Below, piece by piece: positions 39,847 through 50,244 of a stretch of DNA of 64,000 nucleotides. A program made the position numbers and the translations under genes. Origin of the DNA: Phallusia mammillata. Taxonomy: Eukaryota. The notes beneath the pieces are model-generated. The model ran no database searches. It was not told the DNA's origin and saw only the letters and a program-made list of their open reading frames with translations. How positions within the stretch are numbered: position 1 is the stretch's first letter; each line of letters opens with the position of its first letter. The DNA lies in the NCBI GenBank assembly GCA_965637545.1, contig OZ281501.1, forward strand, positions 13,702,001 to 13,766,000, given 5' to 3'.

Positions 39847-42800
39847 TTAATGTTTGGCACTGCTTGAAAGCCTTTTTCGCATGCGAAGCAGCATGCTGTT
39901 ACTTCTCCTGCTTAACTCTATGCTCGCCTGTTGTTCCTCGGTGTTGTCATAATCCTTTGCTTTTGCCTTGGATTCCAGTGCTTCAGTAAACATTTGCACA
40001 GCCTCAGAATAGCGCAAAACGCTGTAATAAGACGCACCTAAATTGTGAAGACACAGCCCATGAACTTGCATCTCTTGTGCCTGCGCGCCGAATTCATCAT
40101 TTAAAAGAGCAAGAGCTGCTTTTATTGTTTCTTCTTCGCCTGTGCGATCTCCAACTAGAGCTTTGACGTGCGCTATATTAATGTTACACCAGGCTACACG
40201 TAAAGTAGTGAACTTTTTGTCTCCAGTTACTGCTGAGGCCACTTTAAATTTCAGGTGATGCATCACCGGGATCACATGTTTTTTCAGTTGTTGTTCGTAC
40301 TTCGACTTTGAGGATCGATTTGAGGCAAGCTTGATACACGTTTCCCTCATACCCAGCACACAGCTACTAATTCCTAAGATTGCGTTTTTAGGTTCAGACT
40401 CTAGTACCTCATAAAGGTACGCAGCAACTTGGTAAAACAGCAGTGATTCAAAGTGATTGCCTTTTCCTTCGAGGTTCTCGGCAAAGACTTTCACATCAAG
40501 AGGACGAGCGTCCACGTGACGAACAATGCTGTTTGCTACGTCACAGCAGGTTCTAGAAGCTTCTTCAAAATGACTGGTTTTCATGCAGCAAACGTGGTAT
40601 TGGACAAGAAACGCGCCGTCCCGTAGTTCGCTAGTCATTTTGTATTTGCTTGACATCAAGTTGTAAGCTTTGTCGTGTGAGCCTTTCTTGGTGAGTGAGG
40701 AAACTTCGTCTGTAACAAATGTAATCAGGTAAAAGCTACTATACGACTACAAATAAACCTTGGCTTACATAATAGCATAGATGTAGATGTTGTTGGTATA
40801 AAAACCATTGCAGTCGGATAAACATTTGATATTGTGCAATCACCTCAAATAGGTTTATCCAACTATATTTTTACTCTCGGGTGTAAATAAGAGACTCAAA
40901 CCATACAGTTAAAAATAGCCTACACAAAGTTTTTAATTGTAAAAGCTGATGTCACCTTTTAAAATGAAGACTTCTTCCAATTTTGGCTTGGTGTTTTCTA
41001 AACCTTTGAATATATGGTTGTATAATGACTGATTTGCATTTTTAAACAAACAGCTAACACTGACATGTATTAATTTACATACATATAAAATGTAACAACT
41101 AAATATGCAACTTTAGCCCCCATTTACGTCAAACTGCTTGTGACTTATTGCATTTGGGTAAATATATAATATGCACAATGAACTTAAATTAATCATAATC
41201 ACAGTATTGTCGCTGGGATAAGTGACTCACTTTGAGGTGATCGTGGAGACGATGTGTGTTGTGGAGTGACAATCGGTGACGGTCTGTCACTCTCCTGGCT
41301 ATTGTTTGTTGTCAAAGACACCGAATCTGCATCAAACGCAATCACGGTTATAAATATGTTACGTTAATACTACTGTTACGTCGTTTTCGCCAACTGTTGT
41401 GAACATAACTTTGCCCAGCAAAACGTATAACAATTGTCCTGTGACGCAACAGTTAGTGTTCCATTGCGTGACAATTAATGTTCTAATGCGTGACGTCAAT
41501 TGCCTGTGTACTGTGTATGTTGCAATCATTTGTAACTTGCCTCGTGGTGTACGTTTGTAAACTGCTGACAGGCATAATTTGAATTGAAGCCATCAATCTA
41601 AACTTTGATACCTTTATTTAGCAGCTAGAAAGTATAAATAAATTGCTGAGTTGATAAAGCTGCATTTGTGAATCATTTTGCTGGTAAGTTTGGCTTTGTA
41701 CTGTAATGTGAAGTTTTGTTCTAAAACTGTAAATGTTTGGTTATTTGTGCAGGATTTGTTCGGCCTTTAAAACATCATTAAATACCAAAACCCCTGTGGC
41801 CAAACAGTCGGTATGTTTACTTGTTGTGTTTCGAGTGCGATTTGTGCTTTATACGTTTTCGTTTTCATTCGCAGAAAAACCGGAATTGACCATACCATTA
41901 AAACGAATTGTCGTTCCTTTATGGTGTCCGCGTTTTTTATTGAGCCACATTGTGTGACGTTTTCGTGAAAACAGGGGAACACGCGACAGAAAACGTTACA
42001 TAAAAGTTTTTCGACTGGCCGACTGTCAATTGTCTAGTACCAACGCAATCACGACGAAGATGGCAGCAGACGATCCCGAATTCGATTTAGACGACGTGAA
42101 CCAACGCACGGAAGAATGGGTCGAAGCGAGTGTTCACTCCTTCCGCGATGGCGAACCCTCTACATCGAATCCGCTGGAGAATGTAGCGCAACGCCCACCC
42201 TCAGTGGATGGTTCGGTGATAAGTAGCGTGCGCACATTATCTAGTTCGGCTATCTTAGAAATGAAGCGGAGATCTAAATTAAAATTGCAAAGTTTACGTA
42301 TGCGAATACAGCAGAATTATGAGTTACAGTCTATCCAAAGGGAGAGGGAACGTGTTGAACGTGAAGAAGAAAGTCGGCACCGCGAAGAAGAGCGTCAGCG
42401 CCGCGAAGAAGAAGAACTTTGTTCGCGCGAAGAAAAGGATAGACGACGAAAATTGGATGAGATGGAAAAGGCAATCCGTTTCAAACACGCACTCCACATG
42501 GCGGAGCTGGAAGTGAACTCCTACGAGGAAGACCCCGTTGAAGTACCCCTATCTGTTCCATTGGAAGGATTAGGTACGGCAGTTACACAGACCTTGATTA
42601 CAAAGTCCAACGAACCAAGTAAGTCTGTTCCGTCACCTATTAAACCCAGAAAACTAGTTTTGAAGCCCGAAGCCACTCCGTTCGAGCCTAAATGCCGTTG
42701 TAATTGTGCAAACACCAGTAGTGTCGTTGGCGAAGTCCGCGAATTGTCTGTGTCTGATCTGCCAGTATGTGCTTTGCCGGAGCCCCAACCGTCGACTAGT

Positions 42801-45800
42801 AATCAGCGACCTGTTAAGAAAGATTCTAGACTGCCACCCCCACAGATATCAAAGTTTGCCGGTGATCCTATGGAGTACCATGCCTTTATTCGTAGCTTTA
42901 AATGCCATATTGCTGAACATGTTTCTGACGACGACGTGCGCCTCAGTTACTTGCAGCAATTTTGTGTCGGTGATGCTAACGATTTGATTAAGCATTGTTC
43001 CATGCTCAGTGGAGAAGGAGGATACGCCGAGGCCCTAAAACTGCTAAAGGAAAATTATGGCAAGGATCACATCATTGCGCGCACCTGCTTAAACCAACTA
43101 CAGTACGGACCGAAACTTCGCTCGGAAGACGTCCATAGCATGCAGAAATTCGCGAGGTTGATGAAGACATGTCAAGTGGTACTATCCCAAATCGAAGGCA
43201 ACGCAGGTTTGGACACATTTCAAAATTTGTTGGCGATTGTGCGTCGTTTGTCCAGTGACATGCAAGAGCAATGGGACAAAGAGGTCGCCCGTATAATTAA
43301 AACATACGATCGAGAACCTAATTTCGACGACCTCACCGAATTTGTCGATAATCAAGCTGCCGTGGCAAGTTCGTCGTTTAGACGGGCCCATCACCCCGTA
43401 CGGGAGACGCCTAGTGGTCAAAGAAAAAATAGGGCTGCGACGTACGTCGTGTCGTCTGAGCTGCCGGGAACTGAAGCCCCGCAGGCTCGCTGTTTGTTTT
43501 GTACAGGGCTCCATGATTTGACCACTTGCAATTCGTTTGAAAAGAAGCCTGTCTACCAACGATACGAATTTGCACGAAGGCAAAGACTGTGCTTTAAGTG
43601 TTTGCAGAAAGGACATAATGCAAGAGATTGCAAGGAGGAGGATCCGTGCAAGATCTCCGGTTGTGATTCCAACTCTCATCATACGCTGCTACATCGGGAG
43701 GTTTCTAGAGCAGAAGCCAACCGCAGTTCTGCTCCTGAAGAAAAGGTAACCAGTGAAGTTAATTCATTTCACTTGGCGTCAGATTCCAAGCCCTCTGCAA
43801 TATGTGGCAATACCAGTATATGTGGTGATATGTACATGAATATCGTACCAGTTCGGGCGCGAAATGGCAACATAGAATTTCTCACTTATGCATTTTTGGA
43901 CTCTGGTGCCACTAAATCTATGTGTAGTCAACGGCTAGTGGATGCCCTACACTTGCAAGGGGAGTCTCGTACTGTATCGCTTCGAACTGTAGGCCACGAG
44001 CAAACTATGTCAACAAAAATAGTTTCCCTGTCTGTTGCTCCTGCCTTCGATGATGGACCTAGTATTAATCTTAACAGTGTAATGGCCATCGATAAGCTTC
44101 CGGTAAAAACTAACAAGTTACCATCAAAGACTAAACTGAAAAGGATGTCATACTTGCGCGGTTTAGAGTTTCCACAGATCGAAGGTGGAGAAGTGACACT
44201 TATGATTGGCGTCGATGCTCCTGAACTGATGGTTTTCCAGGAGACGCGCTGCGGCAGCCGCGAACAACCCATTGCAGTAAAAACGGCCCTTGGGTGGTCT
44301 TTGTTGGGGCCATCGTTTGTGCCCACCAGCGGAACACGCATTGATTTAAACTACGTAAGTAGTTTTGACGACAACGTGAGCAAAGAGATCGACTGTCTGT
44401 GGAGAACCGATTTTTCTGATTTAACCATAATTGATGACAAGAGAATTTCGCGTGAAGACCGATCGGCGCTCGAAATTATGAAACGGGACGTGTTGCATGT
44501 AGACGGCCATTATCAGTTGCCCTTGCTGTGGAAAGGAAATCAAACTCAACTTCCGCCAAACCGCGTGTTGGCAGAAAGAAGACTCCGTTCTCTCGAACGA
44601 AGACTAAAGAAGGACGAGAAACTTCGTGAGCGATACGTTGGCACTGTGGAAACCTATATCCAAAAGGGATACGCGAAAAGGATCTCTTCGCACGATCGCG
44701 GCCAAAGTAAACGAGAGTGGTATCTTCCACATCACCCTGTTTTGCACCCGCGCAAGCCTGACAAGGTGCGCGTCGTGTTCGATTGTGCCGCAAAGCACGC
44801 AGGCGTTGCATTAAACGATGCCCTAATGAGTGGCCCAGATCTGATGAACAACTTAGTAGGCGTCCTGACAAGGTTCAGAAAGGAACCCGTGGCGGTTGTG
44901 TCAGACATTGAATCCATGTTTCATCAAATCCGGGTAAGGCCAGAAGACACTGCGAGCCTTCGTTTCTTGTGGTGGCCCAAGGGCGATCTGTCCAAGCCAG
45001 CGGAAGACCACGAGATGACTGTACATCTTTTTGGCGCAACATCCTCTCCGAGCTGCGCCGCTTTCAGCTTGCTCCAAACTGCGGAAGAGTTTGGCCACGA
45101 GTTCAGTGCTGCAGCTACTACAGCGCTAAAATCAAATTTCTACGTGGACGATTGCCTTGCAAGCGTGGCGACCGAGGACGAAGCAATTATGTTGGTGAAA
45201 GACTTAGGTCAGCTCCTGCAAAGAGGTGGCTTCCACCTAACCAAGTGGATGAGCAACAGTAATAGAGTTTTACAATCAATTCCTTCTGACGAACGGTCCA
45301 AGATGGCGAAGAATCATGATCTTAATTCGGACGTAGCTGGAAGAATTTTGGGCGTGTTTTGGAACGTCCCAAATGACGAATTTGGATTTGATGTGCAGAT
45401 GCCGAATAAGTCGCTGACGCGCCGTGGAATTTTGTCTGCCGTCAGTGCGCTGTACGACCCCTTAGGTCTTGTTGCTCCTGTTACAGTAAGTGCCAAAATA
45501 CTTTTGCAGGACCTTTGTCGTCAAGGGTTAGGATGGGACGAAGATATTTCAAATGAAGATGCTAATCGTTGGAGAAGCTGGATGGAGGGACTTCCTATGT
45601 TAAGCCAAGTACGGGTTCAACGCTGCATTAAACCTCCTTCCTTTGGAAAGATAGTTAAGATGGAAATGCACCATTTTGCTGACGCATCGTCTTCGGCCTA
45701 CGGGGCAGTTTCTTATCTGCGCCTTGTTAACCACAATACGCAGGTGCACTGTTGTTTTTTGCTTGGCAAGTCACGACTTGCACCGATACATACGGTATCC

Positions 45801-48800
45801 ATACCACGCTTGGAGTTGACGGCAGCGGTGCTAGCGGTTAAAATGGATGGCTTTCTGCGACGAGAGTTGGGCTGTCCCGACTGCGAATCGACGTTCTGGA
45901 CAGATTCCATGTCGGTGTTGATGAGCATTAGGAATTCTACAAAACGTTTCGAAACCTTTGTAGCAAACCGACTGGCAAAGATTGACAGTGGAAGCAGAAG
46001 TGAGCAGTGGCGACATGTTCCATCCAAATTAAACCCTGCCGACGACGCCTCACGTGGCTTGTCTGTGAAGAAAATGGTGAATAACAACGTTTGGCTAACC
46101 GGTCCACGGTTTCTTTGGGGTGACGAATCTACTTGGCCTAAAGAAGAAGAAGTTTCAAATAGAGATGATATTTTAATGGAAGCAAAGAAGGTCAGTGCAA
46201 ATTTTACGTGTGGAACCGCTTGCGAGACGGATTCTATCTCAAAACTGATCAATCATTACTCCGATTGGAATCGCCTACGACGTGCAACCGCTTGGTTGTT
46301 ACGGTATAAGCGCGTTTTATTGTCGAAACGGTGTGCAGATACAAATACGACCATTCCGAAGGGAACCCTTCAGGTTCAAGAGCTTCAAGAAGCTGAATTG
46401 GCACTGTTTCGAATTGTGCAACAACAAGCCTTTCCAGAGGTGCTTGAAAATCTGCGAAAAGGCAATGGTCAGTGGAAGAAAACGAAGAACTCTCGAACGT
46501 TTGACAAGCTTGGCCCCACCCTTAGCAACGGTCTCCTACGCGTTGGAGGGAGACTTGAATTGGCCTCTATTTCGGATGATGCGAAGCATCCTATTATACT
46601 TCCAGGCAGACATCACCTCACCGACTTACTGATTGTCAAGTTTCATAAGGACGTAGGTCACTCAGGAATGAGTCACACCTGGTCTGAAATCCGTCAAAAA
46701 TTTTGGATTATAAAGGGCGGAGCCGCTGTACGCCGTGTGTTGGGCAATTGTGTGTTTTGCAGGAAACGAAATGCGCCCGTTGGCGAGCAACTTATGGCCA
46801 GATTGCCGATTGATCGTGTGAACTCCCATAGCCCCGCGTTCACGTACGTTGGCGTTGATTATTTTGGACCGCTAATGGTGCGCCAAGCAAGAAGCCAAGT
46901 GAAGGTGTACGGCTGTCTATTTACCTGCATGACGGTCAGGGCAGTGCATCTGGAGGTAGCTGACAGTTTGTCAACGAGTGCTTTTATCAACTGCCTGCGA
47001 AGATTCATCGGACGACGTGGCAGACCAACTAAGATTTGCAGCGACAATGGAACAAATTTTGTCGGAGCCGTGCGTGAGCTAAAAGAGGCTATCGGAAGAT
47101 GGAATCAACAGAGCATTGATGACTTCTTGAGACAACAGGACATCCAATGGTCTTTTAATCCTCCTGCGGCAAGCCATATGGGTGGCGTCTGGGAAAGAAT
47201 GATCAGGTCTGTAAGAAGAGTTCTTTCTGCGTTGCTGACGGCACAAAGCGTGACCCGCGACACCCTTGAAACGGTGCTTGTTGAAGCGGAGTCCATTCTC
47301 AACAGTAGACCCATTGTTCCAGTGGTGATGGATCCACAATCGGACGAGCCGCTGACTCCCAATCATTTAATTTTGTTGCGTCCGTCGCCCAACATGCCAC
47401 CTGGCGTGTTCGTGAAGAAGGACTGTTACGTTCGCCACCATTGGCGACAAGTGCAATACCTGGCTGACCAATTTTGGCGTCGCTGGGTGCGAGAATACTT
47501 ACCCACTGTCATTGAACGACAGAAGTGGTTTTCGAAGCAGAGGAACGTCGAGGCAGGCGACCTAGTGTTGGTTGTGGACGAATCCATTCCGCGAGCACGT
47601 TGGAGAATCGGCCGAGTGATTTCGACCTTTCCGGATGCGCATGGTGTCGTGCGCTCTGCACTGGTAGGAACCGGTGCCACCTCCGTCAGACGACCCATCA
47701 CCAAACTGTGTTTAGTGATGGACTCCCGCGGTGATTGCGCGACCGGCAAATTGTAAACTGTTTGCGATGTTCATTTTCGTTCGTTTTGTTCGGTATATAT
47801 TCAACGACGTTTTGTGTTTTAGAATGTATGCTCCCCTGGAGATACATTCGGGTGGGGGTATGTTACGTCGTTTTCGCCAACTGTTGTGAACATAACTTTG
47901 CCCAGCAAAACGTATAACAATTGTCCTGTGACGCAACAGTTAGTGTTCCATTGCGTGACAATTAATGTTCTAATGCGTGACGTCAATTGCCTGTGTACTG
48001 TGTATGTTGCAATCATTTGTAACTTGCCTCGTGGTGTACGTTTGTAAACTGCTGACAGGCATAATTTGAATTGAAGCCATCAATCTAAACTTTGATACCT
48101 TTATTTAGCAGCTAGAAAGTATAAATAAATTGCTGAGTTGATAAAGCTGCATTTGTGAATCATTTTGCTGGTAAGTTTGGCTTTGTACTGTAATGTGAAG
48201 TTTTGTTCTAAAACTGTAAATGTTTGGTTATTTGTGCAGGATTTGTTCGGCCTTTAAAACATCATTAAATACCAAAACCCCTGTGGCCAAACAGTCGGTA
48301 TGTTTACTTGTTGTGTTTCGAGTGCGATTTGTGCTTTATACGTTTTCGTTTTCATTCGCAGAAAAACCGGAATTGACCATACCATTAAAACGAATTGTCG
48401 TTCCTTTATGGTGTCCGCGTTTTTTATTGAGCCACATTGTGTGACGTTTTCGTGAAAACAGGGGAACACGCGACAGAAAACGTTACAACTACAGGAAACC
48501 GTTTTGATCTTTTATGTCCTACTTACCAACATGGTCCGCGTGAAGACCTATCGACCTGCAAAATATTATAATAAGGTTTTACCCAAAACGCATAAAGTCC
48601 AACCTTGACCTTTGTACACAAAACTTACGATTTGAGTTTACTTATTCACTAACGTTAGCGTAAATGCGGCTGTACAAGGAAGGAACCCTTTAGATGCCCT
48701 GAGCACACGACTTTGGTGCCCGATGCCAATGTGGATTAATTGTGACTGGATAGTGGATAAGTAGCAAGCGAATAGAGTTTTAAGGCTAAATATTTTGATG

Positions 48801-49469
48801 CGTTGCAATATTTACATTCATTACACGACGCGTGTTAAAGTCACCACTGAAAGTTTAGTCATTAATAGTATCTATTATCCCGTTTCCATGGCCTACGGTC
48901 TGATCGGACTTGTGGTCAAAATGTGGACCAGCAGCAACTACGTTACTTTAGGCTAAAACAATAATAACATGCAATAACTTTATTCTAGAATTTGTTTAAA
49001 AGGCATCGATAATAACTATACTTTCACAAAACTGTTTACAACCAGACACCGGCAACAACTATCGAAAAGTTCCGATCCTTGCGAGGAGGTCCGCGAAAAC
49101 GCTTTTATTGCGTCCGATCGGACGAAAAAAGCTAAAAAATCCGATCGGGCCATCGGCCATGGAAACAGGATAAATGCTGTCCCTTCTAAATTCTGATTTC
49201 TTGCACTCGTATATACTTTGCTTACTGGTTAATCCGACTGTTTACATATGCAAGATTAACGGTGCGAGGTATGACACATTTGTTGCCAAAACGTTTGTTG
49301 TTATGTATAGGAAGCGTTACAGCCTTCTTGTCCCAGCGTTACAACCGGTCTTAATTTGGTTTAGTCTTTATACAAACCTGTGATCTTCATGCTTTACCAC
49401 AACTTGCAAGTTTAAGTGGACTGGTGTGGTGTTGTCGTCTGTACTACAGTTCCTATGCATATTTGCCAT
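39847..49469 (-). CDS. Uncharacterised TPR-like helical-repeat protein (~373 aa), interrupted in intron 2 by the BEL/Pao element
   Basis: Exons 49469-49378, 48555-48527, 41326-41231, 40997-40956, 40709-39847 give 1122 nt with consistent phases 2, 1, 1, 1. The large exon contains the 270-aa ORF, with TPR-like CLHNLGASYYSVLRYSEAVQMFTEALE. The 5' exons are inferred from splice signals and frame only. Confidence 0.72.
41374..42000 (+). repeat. 5' LTR of the BEL/Pao element
   Basis: TGTTACGTCG...AAACGTTACA, 627 bp, direct repeat of 47861-48487. Confidence 0.98.
41633..41642 (+). promoter_or_regulatory. Overlapping TATA box and poly(A) signal in the LTR (TATAAATAAA); the 3' LTR copy is at 48120-48129
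   Basis: TATAAA at 41633-41638 overlaps AATAAA at 41637-41642. Initiator-like GCATTT (41662) and TCATTT (41673) lie downstream. Confidence 0.6.
42060..47756 (+). CDS. BEL/Pao Gag-Pol polyprotein (1898 aa from the first ATG)
   Basis: Uninterrupted ORF. Gag with three Cys/His knuckles (CLFCTGLHDLTTC, CFKCLQKGHNARDC, CKISGCDSNSHHTLLH). Protease FLDSGAT. RT YLPHHPV, RVVFD, DIESMFHQI, FGATSSP, YVDD. RNase H HFADAS, IPRLEL, WTDS, NPAD..SRG. Integrase H..GH..C..C, GVDYFGP, SDNGTNF, ERMIRSV, followed by a C-terminal GDLVLV domain. Confidence 0.97.
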   Translation: MAADDPEFDLDDVNQRTEEWVEASVHSFRDGEPSTSNPLENVAQRPPSVDGSVISSVRTLSSSAILEMKRRSKLKLQSLRMRIQQNYELQSIQRERERVEREEESRHREEERQRREEEELCSREEKDRRRKLDEMEKAIRFKHALHMAELEVNSYEEDPVEVPLSVPLEGLGTAVTQTLITKSNEPSKSVPSPIKPRKLVLKPEATPFEPKCRCNCANTSSVVGEVRELSVSDLPVCALPEPQPSTSNQRPVKKDSRLPPPQISKFAGDPMEYHAFIRSFKCHIAEHVSDDDVRLSYLQQFCVGDANDLIKHCSMLSGEGGYAEALKLLKENYGKDHIIARTCLNQLQYGPKLRSEDVHSMQKFARLMKTCQVVLSQIEGNAGLDTFQNLLAIVRRLSSDMQEQWDKEVARIIKTYDREPNFDDLTEFVDNQAAVASSSFRRAHHPVRETPSGQRKNRAATYVVSSELPGTEAPQARCLFCTGLHDLTTCNSFEKKPVYQRYEFARRQRLCFKCLQKGHNARDCKEEDPCKISGCDSNSHHTLLHREVSRAEANRSSAPEEKVTSEVNSFHLASDSKPSAICGNTSICGDMYMNIVPVRARNGNIEFLTYAFLDSGATKSMCSQRLVDALHLQGESRTVSLRTVGHEQTMSTKIVSLSVAPAFDDGPSINLNSVMAIDKLPVKTNKLPSKTKLKRMSYLRGLEFPQIEGGEVTLMIGVDAPELMVFQETRCGSREQPIAVKTALGWSLLGPSFVPTSGTRIDLNYVSSFDDNVSKEIDCLWRTDFSDLTIIDDKRISREDRSALEIMKRDVLHVDGHYQLPLLWKGNQTQLPPNRVLAERRLRSLERRLKKDEKLRERYVGTVETYIQKGYAKRISSHDRGQSKREWYLPHHPVLHPRKPDKVRVVFDCAAKHAGVALNDALMSGPDLMNNLVGVLTRFRKEPVAVVSDIESMFHQIRVRPEDTASLRFLWWPKGDLSKPAEDHEMTVHLFGATSSPSCAAFSLLQTAEEFGHEFSAAATTALKSNFYVDDCLASVATEDEAIMLVKDLGQLLQRGGFHLTKWMSNSNRVLQSIPSDERSKMAKNHDLNSDVAGRILGVFWNVPNDEFGFDVQMPNKSLTRRGILSAVSALYDPLGLVAPVTVSAKILLQDLCRQGLGWDEDISNEDANRWRSWMEGLPMLSQVRVQRCIKPPSFGKIVKMEMHHFADASSSAYGAVSYLRLVNHNTQVHCCFLLGKSRLAPIHTVSIPRLELTAAVLAVKMDGFLRRELGCPDCESTFWTDSMSVLMSIRNSTKRFETFVANRLAKIDSGSRSEQWRHVPSKLNPADDASRGLSVKKMVNNNVWLTGPRFLWGDESTWPKEEEVSNRDDILMEAKKVSANFTCGTACETDSISKLINHYSDWNRLRRATAWLLRYKRVLLSKRCADTNTTIPKGTLQVQELQEAELALFRIVQQQAFPEVLENLRKGNGQWKKTKNSRTFDKLGPTLSNGLLRVGGRLELASISDDAKHPIILPGRHHLTDLLIVKFHKDVGHSGMSHTWSEIRQKFWIIKGGAAVRRVLGNCVFCRKRNAPVGEQLMARLPIDRVNSHSPAFTYVGVDYFGPLMVRQARSQVKVYGCLFTCMTVRAVHLEVADSLSTSAFINCLRRFIGRRGRPTKICSDNGTNFVGAVRELKEAIGRWNQQSIDDFLRQQDIQWSFNPPAASHMGGVWERMIRSVRRVLSALLTAQSVTRDTLETVLVEAESILNSRPIVPVVMDPQSDEPLTPNHLILLRPSPNMPPGVFVKKDCYVRHHWRQVQYLADQFWRRWVREYLPTVIERQKWFSKQRNVEAGDLVLVVDESIPRARWRIGRVISTFPDAHGVVRSALVGTGATSVRRPITKLCLVMDSRGDCATGKL
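47850..47860 (+). other. Polypurine tract (plus-strand primer) of the retrotransposon
   Basis: GGGTGGGGG-TA immediately before the 3' LTR. Confidence 0.85.
47861..48487 (+). repeat. 3' LTR of the BEL/Pao element
   Basis: 627 bp with no differences seen from the 5' LTR, followed by the ACTAC TSD. Confidence 0.98.
48876..49172. mobile_element. MITE with 33-bp TIRs (intron 1 of the TPR-like gene)
   Basis: Left tatcccgtttccatggcctacggtctgatcgga versus reverse-complemented right tatcctgtttccatggccgatggcccgatcgga, 28/33 identical. The TSD is TA or a degenerate TWA, so the superfamily is uncertain. Confidence 0.8.
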
Positions 49470-50200
49470 TAACTCGAATTGTATTTTTGTAGCCGACACT
49501 AAACCTTTGTCACAAATTAAATGTATTTGACAGACTGTAACCACAAAACATAATCACAATTCACAACATTTCTTGCATCGTATTTTAACAGCTGGTATAA
49601 CCTGGAATAGAACTTTTTTTTCTAAAAAACGCCTGGACTTCTTACTAGTTCCACTTATGAGACACATTTCGAAAAAAAAATACCGCAGAAATTAATTTCG
49701 ACTTGTAAATTGGCTCGAAGTTCTCCAGGTGTATTTTTCACTTTTAATAGCTAAAACTTAAAAACTTTCAATAACATATAATCCTAACTGGACATGGAAT
49801 TTGCTTTGTTAGATGAAATAACAGGTAACCCCAACTAAAATAAACAACTACCTGTACAAAAACATACTACAGTATCTCTTGCAGTTTTTCATATCCTTTC
49901 AACCTGTTTCAACCTTGCAATAGGTGTTTACTGAGGCCCACGCTAGCATCATTGTACGGTTTCCACTGGCATCACAGGTGGGCGAAATGTGCATGATTCA
50001 CAACTACACATTCATTTGTGTTTTGGCTAAATAGTGATTGTATGCTGCAACGCATTAGTTCATCGTTTGTCCGTGGATATCTATGGCTTACAAATAAATT
50101 GTGATTGCATAACGACGTATTGGGTAAATTTGAATTCATTCCCAAAATAAACAGGTTACGTTACCAACAAGCACCGCGCAGAATGTAGCCTACTATAGTC

Positions 50201-50244
50201 CAGTGGTTCTTAACCAGGGACCAACAAAGTTTGAGAACCAACTG
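50201..50244. mobile_element. 44-bp internally deleted hAT remnant
   Basis: CAGTGGTTCTTAACC...TTTGAGAACCAACTG, the same termini as the 33141-33675 MITE with the interior missing. No TSD. Confidence 0.5.

Larger units (their letters stand above)
41374..48487 (+). mobile_element. Full-length BEL/Pao LTR retrotransposon (7114 bp)
   Basis: TG...CA LTRs of 627 bp, identical by eye. 5-bp TSD ACTAC at 41369-41373 and 48488-48492. A single gag-pol ORF in the order Gag-PR-RT-RH-IN, a polypurine tract before the 3' LTR, and no env. Confidence 0.98.

Noticed and set aside
41357-41364. TGTTACGT 17 bp upstream of the 5' LTR, identical to the LTR's first 8 bases
   Set aside because: The TSD defines the boundary at 41374, and integrase-mediated insertion does not need homology. 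Likely coincidence.
41733-41982. 74-aa and 71-aa ORFs duplicated at 48220-48469
   Set aside because: They are identical only because they lie in the two LTRs, and there is no evidence of coding.
43182-47749. Many 60-180 aa ORFs antisense or out of frame within gag-pol (e.g. 43182-43682, 45713-46252)
   Set aside because: These are shadow ORFs of a long, GC-richer coding sequence with no recognisable motifs.
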